Positions 54,238 through 64,000 of a DNA stretch of 64,000 nt are shown here, piece by piece (positions within the stretch are counted from its first letter, which is position 1; every line of letters begins with the position of its first letter). Below the pieces are notes generated by a model. It worked only from the letters and a program-made list of their open reading frames with translations. It made no database searches and was not told where the DNA came from. The stretch lies in contig CAUVXB020000002.1 in assembly GCA_963555825.3 (NCBI GenBank), positions 352,001 to 416,000 of the forward strand, given 5' to 3'. Made by a program: the position numbers and the translations under genes. Source of the stretch: Alphaproteobacteria bacterium. GTDB lineage: Bacteria; Pseudomonadota; Alphaproteobacteria; JAAXGF01.

Positions 54238-54884
54238 CAAACTGCTAGAAATAACTTGTCTCACATGCTAGCATTTATCGAGTCAACTTGGCCCATCGAC
54301 GCGACCGGAACTGCCATGTGCTACGGTAACTTCGATAGGCGCGCAGAAACATCTGGGTACTGACCCGAAGCTAAGAAGCAGAGTGCACAGCATGTCTGAC
54401 AACACACCCGCGGCCCCACCTCCACCGGAACCAAGCGCCCCACGGCCTGTGCCAGGACCAGAACCTGCTAGCTCGCGCGGATGGAAATCGGAACTAATAA
54501 GCCTCATTCGATTTTCTTTTGGCCCGCTTTTGGGAGCAGTAGTACTTACGGCCACCTTTATTGGCGGGATCTACTTTTATAGGGCTCAAGATTTTGATCA
54601 AATTCGCACTGTCAATGATGTTTTGACAAAACGTTGACTCGTGTTGCCAGCGTCTCAGACGAGAATATGAAGACAGCTGCTAAGATAATAAAACTTCAGA
54701 ATGAAGTTGTTAACAGCACAATTCGAGGAGTTGAAGTTAGTGAAGAATTGCAAAAGAAAAGTAGCGAACTTTCGAAGAAAATTGCTGATGCGACTGTTGC
54801 GGAGGGGCTCGCAAAGTTGGAGGTCAAAAGGGCAAGCTTTCTAGAGAAGCAAGCGCTTAGCGAAAAGTTGACGACGGAAAAGGA

Positions 54885-55665
54885 GCGCGACAAGGCCAAG
54901 GCAGAGGCGGAGACGGCACGGTTGGAGGCAACGGAAGAGCGCAAGAATGGCCGAGGATGCTCGACAGGAGGTAGCTAAAGCGACCAAGTCAGCCGCTGTA
55001 GCGTTGGAGCAGGCGGAGGCGGCCGGAAGAGAAGCGGCAACCGCGACCGCAGATCGCGACGAGGCCAAGGGAGAGGCGGAGACGGCACGGTTGGAGGCAA
55101 CGGAAGAGCGCAAGAAGGCCGAGGATGCTCGACAGGAGGTAGCTAAAGCGACCAAGTCAGCCGCTGTAGCGTTGGAGCAGGCGGAGGCGGCCGGAAGAGA
55201 AGCGGCAACCGCGACCGCAGATCGCGACGAGGCCAAGGCACAGGCGGAGACGGCACGGTTAGAGGCAACGGAAGAGCGCAAGAAGGCCGAGGATGCTCGA
55301 CAGGAAGTAGCTAAAGCGACCAAGTCAGCCACTGTAGCGTTGGAGCAGGCGGAGGCGGCCGGAAGAGAAGCGACAACCGCGACCGCAGATCGCGACGAGG
55401 CACAGGCGGAGACGGCACGGTTGGAGGCAACGGAAGAGCGCAAGAAGGCCGAGGATGCTCGACAGGAGGTAGCTAAAGCGACCAAGTCAGCCGCTGTAGC
55501 GTTGGAGCAGGCGGAGGCGGCCGGAAGAGAAGCGGCAACCGCGACCGCAGATCGCGACGAGGCCAAGGCACAGGCGGAGACGGCACGGTTGGAGGCAACG
55601 GAAGAGCGCAAGAAGGCCGAGGATGCTCGACAGGAAGTAGCTGAAGCGACCAAATCTGCTGCTGT
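54885..55665 (+). repeat. About 4.5 near-identical 168-bp coding tandem repeats (56 aa)
   Basis: AGGCGGAGACGGCACGG recurs at 54905, 55074, 55242, 55404, 55572 (spacings 169, 168, 162, 168). Confidence 0.92.
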
Positions 55666-56289
55666 CGCCGAAGAACGAGCAGCATCCCTGACTAAGGATA
55701 ATGAGAATAGGTTAGATAATCTACGACTGTTATGGGATAAGGTCCAGAGAGCTAATCGTGAAAAGCAGTCAGCCGAAGAGGAGGAAAAGCGTGCTCAGGC
55801 TCAAATAACGGACCTCAGAGCTGAAGCAGAGAGACTAAATGCTCATCTTTCTACCTTAAAGAAACAAGAGATTCAATATTTGCGAGATGACTTGGAGGAA
55901 ATTATTTCTGAACGCCTTCGGGACATTGTCACATGGCGAGAAAAGGCGAGTGCACTTGCAAAATCGATTGTTGAGAACGACGATGAAGATGGACGATTGC
56001 TGTAAGTTGAGATTTTGAAAGACGCATCCACGTCACAAGCGCTGCCAGAGACGGTCATCAAAGCTTACTCCTCTGACCGTTCACGGGAGAATTTCGAGAG
56101 GATACGGCATATAATTGGAATTACAGCAGATCAATTCCAGGACATAGTTCAAGACGGAGCTAATTACAAGATGTGGATACATGTTCAGAAATTTGGGTAC
56201 TTTGGAACACTAGTGAATACAGGTGAAATTCCGATCGATGTATTGTTGTTCAGATACTTTGATAACAATATAATTTCAGATGTACGACT

Positions 56290-57044
56290 CTTGCCTATCC
56301 GGTTATCACCCACACCCACTATATGTAGTGTGTCTCCTTGGACTGCAGGCAAGGGCCGGCGCAGGCGCATTGAGGAGGCGATCCGGCTAATTCTTGATTG
56401 TTCTGAAAACCGAACCGGAGTTTAATTCACGTCACGTACTTAACATCGGGGGACGGAACGGTGGCGACCAAGGGAAAAACGAAGAAACCCACGGCCAGAC
56501 GGGAAGCTGCTGATGAAACGACATCGTCTGAGCGATTGACGGCACTAGTCGAAGAAAGCGACGCGCTGGCACGAATCGTTGCGAAGAACCCGTCCGCGCC
56601 TGTTAGTCTCCTGCGCGTTTTGAGTCGCAGCGAAGACGAAGCGACACGCAAGAACGTGATCCTCAATCCGTTTACTCCATATGACGTATTGAGCGAACTT
56701 GAAAACCAGTTCACAGAGCTATTTGTGAATAATCCGGCACTCGAATCCTACAATTCAATGAAGCTCTGATTTCCTGGAATATTCCATCGGTGTCGTTCAC
56801 CTCCGATTTCAGATAAATTTCAATGAAGTGACGGTCCTTTATGCAACGTGGCGTTTTGCCAAATCCGACTCAATGATTAGGATTTCCACCACGCTAAAGT
56901 GTCGCCTAAAAGCCGCTACAATGCCGTCCGAGTCCCTGCTCGGCATCGCCGGAGATATCTCCGCTTCGACCTGCACCGAGCTTTACTCAGGAAAATGGGT
57001 GCACACTACATATAGTGGGTGTGGGTGATAACCGGATAGGCAAG
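56290..57044 (+). mobile_element. Non-autonomous IS1595-family (ISSod11-like) cassette with passenger ORF
   Basis: Perfect 43-bp TIR CTTGCCTATCCGGTTATCACCCACACCCACTATATGTAGTGTG; 8-bp TSD GTACGACT (56282-56289 and 57045-57052); residual SLLGIAG..ELYSGKWVH resembles a transposase C-terminus. Confidence 0.85.
56461..56769 (+). CDS. Leucine-rich-repeat-variant (LRV/HEAT-like) passenger protein, probably truncated
   Basis: EAA.E.TS.ERL..L....LARIVAKNPSAP..LL..L.......R.NV..NP.TP..VL..L...F.E....NP. Confidence 0.65.
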   Translation: MATKGKTKKPTARREAADETTSSERLTALVEESDALARIVAKNPSAPVSLLRVLSRSEDEATRKNVILNPFTPYDVLSELENQFTELFVNNPALESYNSMKL

Positions 57045-57338
57045 GTACGACTTTGGTCAAGATATTCTTCAGTTAGGCTTCCATCGTTCGATGATTGGTA
57101 TCAAACACGTACCTACCGCGTGTATCTTGATGCAGATTCATTCTCTGCATTTCGAATTACAAAAGAAGAGAGCGAACGTGGATGGAACCTCTTCGATAAG
57201 GATGATATTGGTGCAGAACTCATTTTTGGTCATCCTAGCGTTATTCCACACTTGGGACCTGATCAATTTTTGAATTACTACGGAATGCCACATGCACTAG
57301 ATACAAGAAAAGGTGGATCAGAGGTCCTGTTCATCTTA

Positions 57339-58276
57339 GAGTCCGGCCGAATAAGAGTTGAGTGGAATCAGTCACTTGTGTTTCCTTCGTTGTGGTTGAA
57401 CAGCGATGGAGGCACAAGATGTGGACCGAGACCACGACCCAAATATGAGCGCAAGGGGCTGCGCTATGCAAGCGATCTTACCGAGGCGGAGCGGGCGCGT
57501 GCTCGGCCCGCTGCTGCCGCCATTCCGGCTGGGACGCCCGCGAACGACGGACCTGCGCGAGGTGGTGAACGCGATCCTGCATGGCGCGCACGGGTTGCCA
57601 GTGGCGGATGCATCGAAGGGCGCCGAAGGACTTTCCGCCGAAGAGCACGGTCCAGGAGTACTTCTACGCTTGACGCACGCGAGGCGACGCTGAACCGATC
57701 AACCACGAGCTGCTCATGCGGCACGCGAGGCCGAGGGCCGAGAGGCCAGCCCGTCCGCCGGTGTCGATCGACAGCCAGTCGGTGAAATTTCCCGGAACGG
57801 TCGGCGGTCGCGGGTATGCGACGCCGGCAAGTTGGTTAAGGGGCGCAAGCGCCAATATCCTCGGACACCACGCGGTCGTCGCCGGCATGGTTCACGCCGT
57901 CCGATATCCAGGACCGCTCGGCGCGCCGCCCTGCTCGCCTCGACCGATGGGCCGACGCCTGGAAAATGCGCCACGTACATGCCGCCGATGGCGCCTACGC
58001 CGGACCGAAACTCGGCAAGGCGTCTGGAAAAGATCGGCCAGTGGACGCTGGACTCATCGTCAAGCGAAGCGACCGACGTGATCCGGGCTTCAAGGTCCTG
58101 CCCCGGCGTTGGGTGGTGGAGCGCACCTTTGCCTGGCTCGGTCGCAACCGCCGTCTCGCCAAGGGACTTCGAGGCCACCATCGCCAGCGCCGAGGCCTGG
58201 CTCATGATCGCTGCATCCAACGTTCACACGAAGGATCGCAAGGCTTTGAAATCCAAACAATTCATTCCCGGCCATC
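57339..58276 (+). mobile_element. Heavily indel-ridden IS5-family copy (degenerate or low-quality sequence)
   Basis: Collinear with 58280..59203 and starts with the same GAGTCCGGCCGAATAAG after TTA. Confidence 0.8.
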
Positions 58277-58279
58277 TTA

Positions 58280-59203
58280 GAGTCCGGCCGAATAAGAGTT
58301 GAGTGGAATCAGTCACTTGTGTTTCCTTCGTTGTGGTTGAACAGCGATGGAGGCACAAGATGTGGACCGAGACCACTCGACCCAAATATGAGCGCAAGGG
58401 GCTGCGCTATGCAAGCGATCTTACCGAGGCGGAGTGGGGCGTCTCGGCCCGCTGCTGCCGCCATGCAAACGGCTGGGACGCCCGCGAACGACGGACCTGC
58501 GCGAGGTGGTGAACGCGATCCTGTACATGGCGCGCACGGGTTGCCAGTGGCGGATGTTGCCGAAGGACTTTCCGCCGAAGAGCACGGTCCAGGAGTACTT
58601 CTACGCTTGGCGCACCGAGGCGACGCTGAACGGGATCAACCACGAGCTGCTCATGCGCGCGCGCGAGGCCGAGGGCCGAGAGGCCAGCCCGTCCGCCGGT
58701 GTGATCGACAGCCAGTCGGTGAAAACCACGGAAAGCGGCGGCCCGCGCGGGTTCGACGCCGGCAAGTTGGTTAAGGGGCGCAAGCGCCATATCCTCACCG
58801 ACACCGGCGGGCGGCTCGTCGCCGGCATGGTTCACGCCGCCCATATCCAGGACCGCGACGGCGCGCCGCCGCTGCTCGCCTCGATCCGATGGGCCTTCCC
58901 CTGGCTGCGCCACGTCTTCGCCGATGGCGCCTACGCCGGACCGAAACTCGGCAAGGCGCTGGAAAAGATCGGCCAGTGGACGCTGGAGATCGTCAAGCGA
59001 AGCGACGACGTGACGGGCTTCAAGGTCCTGCCCCGGCGTTGGGTGGTGGAGCGCACCTTTGCCTGGCTCGGTCGCAACCGCCGTCTCGCCAAAGACTTCG
59101 AGGCCACCATCGCCAGCGCCGAGGCTGGCTCATGATCGCAAGCATCCAACTCCTCACACGAAGGATCGCAAGGCTTTGAAATCAGAACAATTCATTCCCG
59201 GCC
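58280..59203 (+). mobile_element. IS5-family element; transposase 58360..59179 with two frameshifts
   Basis: [49 protein letters not shown]. Confidence 0.9.
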
Positions 59204-59654
59204 GTTCATCTTAGACATGTACGATAGATCGAAAGGGTTCAACATTTCGCGTAGCGAGGATCTGAATCTAAATCTAATATCAAATCCTCGCCTTCGTGGC
59301 CTATTTGTAAAACTGGTCAATGCGGCGGTGGAAAAGAACCAAGAAAGTATCCAGAATTTTATCGACTCATCCATTAATCTAAATGTAGGCGGAAAGATCG
59401 CGGCTGCTGTGTTGCACCCATCATTTACTATCGTGGCTGAGTAACTGAAAACTATTGGTACTGAAAATGAAGATGAGGAAATGGTTGAGATTCTCTGCAG
59501 ATATCAGAGACTTGACGGCATTATGCGTGAATGCTCGTTTGTATTTCGAATTAACAAAAAATCTTCGCAAGTCGAACTACATGGTTTCAAGGAACGGCGC
59601 TGAAACCTGGCTGTGGACTCATTATCGGGCAACCGAATGGAAATGGCAGCGAGC

Positions 59655-59780
59655 GTGATCATGGCCACCCAACGAGGATGGCAGGGCGACCGCTTCGTGC
59701 GCGCCGGCGACTGCATCTTCCGCATCGCCGCCGACGCGCCGCTGCCCCATCGCGAAGGCCTCTCGCCGCTCGACGACTAA
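59655..59780 (+). pseudogene. 3' remnant probably belonging to the desuccinylase gene begun at 53731
   Basis: GC-rich codon usage returns: DRFVRAGDCIFRIAADAPLPHREGLSPLDD*. Confidence 0.55.
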
Positions 59781-60947
59781 TATCAACGGGCATTAATCAG
59801 AACCCATGGGCCCATTTTCGGCGTCCGATCGACATGATCTTCCAGGGTTGATCGATGAGCCTGTTCCAGGCTTCGCAACACAGCGCGACGATATCGTCGT
59901 AGGTCTTGAATATCCTGTTGGAAAGCCAGTTATCGCGCATGAACTGCCATATGTTTTCGACGGGGTTCAGCTCGGGCGCTCTTGGTGGCAAGAACATCAA
60001 TGTGATGTTGGATGGGATCTCGAGCCTGCCGGTGGTGTGCCATCCGGCCCGGTCGATGATGAGTACAGCGTGAGCGCCTGGTGTCACCAGGGCCGAGATT
60101 TCATCAAGATGCCATTGCATGGCCTGAGTGTTGCAGCGGGGCAGGACAAGGCCCGCACCGACACCGCGCGCGGGACAGATGGCACCAAAGATATAGGCCG
60201 ACTTCGTGCGTTGGTCCCGGAGCGCCGTGGGTCGGCTGCCGCGTCGCGCCCAGCGCCGGGTGAGCATGGTTTTCTGGCCGACCCGGGCCTCATCTTGCCA
60301 CCAAATTTCTATCGCGGTGTTGGCCGGGAGCCTGGCTCGGATCTCCCCCAACCCGGCGGGGAAGTTTTTTTTAAATCCTCGACGGCAAACTCGTTCTGCC
60401 CCTTGTGGCGTGGTCGCGCCGATATCTTGCGAAACCCCAGCGCCCTCAATTCACGGCCCACCGTCGTCTCATCAACCGAAATGCGGAACTCTTCGAATAT
60501 CCAATGCGCCAGGTCCTTTCGGCGCCAACGCACGACACCGTGGATCGCCGGAATCGGTCCGCTCTCAACAAGCCGAGCGAGCGCTTGTCGCTGCCTGTCA
60601 TTGAGCTTGGCCGGCTTGCCTGTCGCCTTGCCGTCAATCAGACCATCCGGCCCCTTGGCGTTGAAACGGAGAACCCAGTCACGGACCACCTGGAGCCCGA
60701 CAGTACCGATCCGCGCCGCCTCCGTGCGACGGCCACCATCGTAAATCTCAGCCAGCGCAAGAAGCCGCCGGCTCTGTCCAGCATCCTTCGACGCCTTGGC
60801 TAACCGCCGAAGCGCCGGACCATCAAAATCTTCCCGTAACGCAACCGCTCTGCCCATAGCGAACCTCCGTATCAGTTCGCCTCATTGATTCAGACTTCTT
60901 GCCGTTTGGGAATCCCCTAAATGAGTCTCCTTCAATGCTCGATGGTA
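59781..60947 (-). mobile_element. IS630-family element with TA termini; transposase in two frames (60309..60857 and 59797..60351)
   Basis: HTH part RLLALAEIYDG..VRDWVLRFN; DDE part WQDEARVG, IDRAGWH, PELNPVEN.W; A8 slippery tract at about 60365-60372; imperfect TIRs. Confidence 0.92.
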
Positions 60948-61113
60948 TAAGTATGTGCGACCTCACCCGCCCACTTAAACGTAGGCAGCCATTTTAACGT
61001 AAGCAGTATACATCTAACGTTGTATGAGTGAGCTCTTGGCACTGGCGTCTGACTACTGTAAATCATATACTGCTTACATTTAAAAATTCCGTCCCCCGTG
61101 CTATGGTTGTCAG

Positions 61114-61772
61114 ATGAGCAAGACCCCCCCCCCCCCCAGCCAGCCGACGAACGCCTCGAGGATGAATTCGTGACCGGCGCCTATGGCCTCGACGGGCTCG
61201 ACGATTCGCTCCGCTTCTATGCCGAATGGGCCGAGCGCTATGACGAGCGCATGGAGGGCCGTCTCCGCTATGTCGCGCCGCGCGTCATGGCCGAGCGCTT
61301 GGCTGCCCATCTCGACGACCGCTCGGCCGCCATCCTCGACATCGGCTGCGGCACGGGGCTGACCTGCCAGTATCTCGCCAACCTCGGTTTCTCGACCTGC
61401 GACGGCATCGACGTCACGCCGGCGATGATCGCCAAATCACGCCAACGCGGCATATACCGCGATCTCTACGAGGCCGACATCACCAAGCCGCTCGACCTGC
61501 CGGACGCGGCCTATGACGCGGCGATCTCGTCGGGCACCTTCACACACGGCCACGTCGGCTCCGAGGCGATTCCCGAGATCGTGCGCATCCTCAAGCCGGG
61601 CGCCCTATTGGCCTGCTCGATCCACAAGGACGTCTGGCAAACGAAGGGCTTCGAGGCCGCGTTCGACGCGCTCGAAGCGGCCGGTGCCATGCGCGCGGTC
61701 GACATTCATCTCGACGAATTCTTCACCGGCCTCGGCAAGATCGGGATGTACTGCGTCTTCGAGCGGCTTTGA
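61114..61772 (+). CDS. Class I SAM-dependent methyltransferase; ATG at 61114 is out of frame across a C14 tract
   Basis: Y..WA..YD, ILDIGCGTGL, DGID....M...S...G.Y, G.FTHGHV. Confidence 0.85.
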
Positions 61773-61826
61773 CTGACGCATAATCCGATCGACTGAATTT
61801 GGTCGGATTCTAACAGCCTGCGCCAG

Positions 61827-61970
61827 TCTTAATGGGACAAGAGGGGGGCCGCCGACCGTTCAGCCACCCTTGATCCCATAAGAACGGCTTGATCCCACAA
61901 GATTGGCATGCGCGGCGATTGAGCGCAGGTCACCAAAGGTGACCGCACAAAAAAGGTGACCGCACAAAAC
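61827..61970. repeat. Dispersed intergenic repeat, copy B, with internal direct and inverted repeats
   Basis: Shares blocks with 41826..41905; CTTGATCCCA(T/C)AAGA twice; AAAGGTGACCGCACAAAA twice. Confidence 0.7.
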
Positions 61971-61971
61971 T

Positions 61972-62721
61972 CTACCCAAAAAACTGGCCGCCGTTGACGT
62001 GGATCGTCTGGCCGGTCATCTGGCGCGAATCGTCGGACGCCAGGAAGACCGCGGCGTCGGCGATCTCGTCGGGCGCGACCAGGCGGCCGAGCGGCATAGC
62101 CCGGGCCATGTCGGCGAGTTCCTCCTCGGTGTTGCCATAGCGCGGCTGCGCGGTGTCTGTGAGGCCCGGCGCGATTGCGTTGACCCGGATGCCGTGGCGC
62201 GCGAGTTCGAGCGCCGCGGCGCGGGTCAGGCCGACCAGACCGCCCTTGCTCGTCGCGTAATGCACGCCGCGCGTGCCGCCGGTGAACGCGACGATCGAGG
62301 CGATGTTGATGATCGCGCCCGGCACGCCGCGCGCCACCATGGCGTTCGCCGCGTCGCGCGCGGCGAGAAACGCGCCCTTGAGGTTGACGTCGATTACCGC
62401 GTCCCAATCGGCCGTGGTTGCCGCGAGGAAGTCGACGCGCGGGAAGATGCCGGCGTTGTTGACCATGATGTCAACCCCGCCGAAGCCATCGGCGGCGCCG
62501 ATCATGCGGCCGATGTCGGCCTCTTCAGTGACGCTGCCCTGGACCACCGCGGCGCGGCCGCCGGCCGCCTCGATGCGCCGGACGACCGCCTCGGCGGCGG
62601 CGCGGCCGTCGAGGTAGTTGACGACCACTGCCGCGCCCTCGCGCGCAAAGGCCACCGCGATCGCCGCGCCGATGCCCTGCTGTGCCCCGGTCACCACCGC
62701 GACCCTGTTTGCCAATCTCAT
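61972..62721 (-). CDS. SDR-family oxidoreductase
   Basis: TGAQQGIG, NNAG, YATSK, VNAIAPG, TGQTIHVNGG. Confidence 0.92.
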   Translation of the reverse strand: MRLANRVAVVTGAQQGIGAAIAVAFAREGAAVVVNYLDGRAAAEAVVRRIEAAGGRAAVVQGSVTEEADIGRMIGAADGFGGVDIMVNNAGIFPRVDFLAATTADWDAVIDVNLKGAFLAARDAANAMVARGVPGAIINIASIVAFTGGTRGVHYATSKGGLVGLTRAAALELARHGIRVNAIAPGLTDTAQPRYGNTEEELADMARAMPLGRLVAPDEIADAAVFLASDDSRQMTGQTIHVNGGQFFG

Positions 62722-63683
62722 GGAGCTTCCCGGTTAAGGTTGGTCGGTCTCGCCGACGGGCGGCGGTTGGGGCGCGGGTTGACCAGGAAGAGGCCCGCGA
62801 ACATGACCGCGAGCGCGGCCCAGACCCAGGCGCTGTGCCGCTCGGCTAAGATCGCGATGCCCCACAAGACGCCCGAGGCGGTGACCAGATAGCCGGTCTG
62901 CGCGGCGAACACGGGGCCGGCGATGCGCACCAGCTCGATATACATCAGATAGCCGACGGTGTTGACCACGACCAGCACCACGATCCACCACTCGATCTCG
63001 CCCCAGGGCAGCGCCAGCGAGACCCAGCCGTCGGTCGCCCAGACCAGCGGCGCGAGCATCGCCGCGCCGGCCAACTGCATGCCGCAGAGCAGCACGATAG
63101 CGTCGCTGCCGGCCGGCCGGCGCAGCGCGATGAACAGGTTCTCCGACGCGTACGACGCCGGCACGACGAGCGCGAGCAGCACCCAGCCGACCATCGCCGG
63201 ATGTGGCAAGCCCGCCTCGGGCACGACGATCATCAGAATGGCGAGCAGGCCGAGCACGATGCCCAACGCGCGCAGCGCCTCGGCGCGTTCGAGGCCAAGG
63301 CCGAGTGCGAAGACATAGGTCATCAGCGGTACCAGCACGATGACGATGGCCAGCACGCCGGCCGGCAGGTGGGGCGCCGCCGAGTAAAGCACCGCCGTCG
63401 GCAGCGCCGTGCCGAGCAGGCCGGCGACGACGTAGAACACCAGGTAGTCGCGCCTGAGCGGCGGCAGGCGGCGCCGGGCGAGGCAGTAGGGCAGCAGAAT
63501 GACGCCGCCGAAGAAGCCGGCGATCAGCGACAGGCCGAAGGGATGCGCGCCAGCCTCGGTGACCAGCTTGGCGGCCGGGAAGCTGAGGCCCCAGATCGCG
63601 CCGCCGACGAACAGGAGCGCCAGCGCGAGCGCCAGGCGCGCGCCGTGGAGCCGGTTCTCAGGCGTGGTGTCGGGCGCCGCCAC
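62718..63683 (-). CDS. DMT/EamA-family transporter
   Basis: 10 TM; AGPVFAAQ.GYLV..SGV.WG..IL.E. Confidence 0.85.
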   Translation of the reverse strand: MAAPDTTPENRLHGARLALALALLFVGGAIWGLSFPAAKLVTEAGAHPFGLSLIAGFFGGVILLPYCLARRRLPPLRRDYLVFYVVAGLLGTALPTAVLYSAAPHLPAGVLAIVIVLVPLMTYVFALGLGLERAEALRALGIVLGLLAILMIVVPEAGLPHPAMVGWVLLALVVPASYASENLFIALRRPAGSDAIVLLCGMQLAGAAMLAPLVWATDGWVSLALPWGEIEWWIVVLVVVNTVGYLMYIELVRIAGPVFAAQTGYLVTASGVLWGIAILAERHSAWVWAALAVMFAGLFLVNPRPNRRPSARPTNLNREAP

Positions 63684-63689
63684 GCGCGT

Positions 63690-64000
63690 TCACATCTCGG
63701 GGCGGGTTTGCTCGCCGGTCCAGTCGTCTTCGATGTAGAACGGCTCGGGGTGCTCGTGCAGGTCCTCGAAGCGGCAGATCTCGGGTGTCGCGCCGAGCGG
63801 CACGGTGCAGCCGCCGCGGAAGGCCCACTCACCGCGCGACGGCGAATCGGCGGCCCGGACATAGCTGTTGAGCATCAGGCAACGCCCCCGATCGGAGCGG
63901 TTCCGTGGCGAGCCGTGAACCGTGTAGAGCGTCCAAATCAAGAGATCGCCGGGCTCGAGTTCGCAACTCACCGCGTCGGCGGGGTCGAGTCCAGCGGCGA
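63690..64000 (-). CDS. Phytanoyl-CoA dioxygenase (PhyH) family protein, C-terminal part (window-truncated)
   Basis: ELEPGDLLIW...TVHGS..N.SD..R. Confidence 0.75.
   Translation of the reverse strand, partial: AAGLDPADAVSCELEPGDLLIWTLYTVHGSPRNRSDRGRCLMLNSYVRAADSPSRGEWAFRGGCTVPLGATPEICRFEDLHEHPEPFYIEDDWTGEQTRPEM

Larger units (their letters stand above)
54392..59603 (+). pseudogene. Large TM-anchored coiled-coil repeat protein gene (about 850 aa reconstructed), disrupted by an IS1595-type cassette, tandem IS5, two frameshifts and two TAA codons
   Basis: Fragments join in frame once the insertions are removed (SDVRL|WSRY; EVLFIL|DMYDR); TAA at 56003 and 59442 are each followed by open same-frame sequence. 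Confidence 0.7.

Noticed and set aside
54885-55665. Regular repeats as a possible CRISPR array
   Set aside because: The units are whole 168-bp coding repeats with no unique spacers, and no cas genes are present.
56003-59444. In-frame TAA/TAG codons as stop-codon reassignment
   Set aside because: TAA and TAG end normal genes in this window (ampG and eipA, for example); isolated nonsense changes or errors are simpler.
61808-61822. TAACAGCCTG resembling an IS5/IS1182 end
   Set aside because: Too short, with no partner end or transposase nearby.

Overview
High-GC chromosomal window. Gene content (hspQ-eipA, alphaproteobacterial-type dcd, DddP-like peptidase, SLC5-fused kinase) suggests a Rhodospirillales-like, possibly marine alphaproteobacterium; this is an inference. 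Most of it is metabolic and transport genes: ampG, dadA, dcd, glnS, hisC, kynU, an emrAB-like pump with MarR, DMT/LysE transporters, and an acyl-CoA dehydrogenase/DddP-like/oxoprolinase operon. No rRNA, tRNA or CRISPR array was seen. Mobile DNA is abundant: an IS1182 end, an intact IS3 with a 4-bp TSD, a tandem IS5 pair, an IS630, an IS1595-type non-autonomous cassette (43-bp TIRs, 8-bp TSD, passenger gene), several MITEs (one nested) and REP-like palindromes. The most unusual observations are: (1) a histidine kinase whose N-terminus is phasin-like and whose catalytic core looks like a degenerate copy of the neighbouring SLC5-kinase, next to PhaR-like boxes and a solute symporter; (2) a low-GC islet encoding a membrane-anchored CD39/GDA1-type NTPDase; (3) a single-chain tandem bacterioferritin-like protein with eroded ferroxidase ligands; (4) a large coiled-coil repeat gene, hit by two insertions, that replaces the middle of a host gene. 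Several single-base frameshifts look like long-read errors, so pseudogene calls are provisional.
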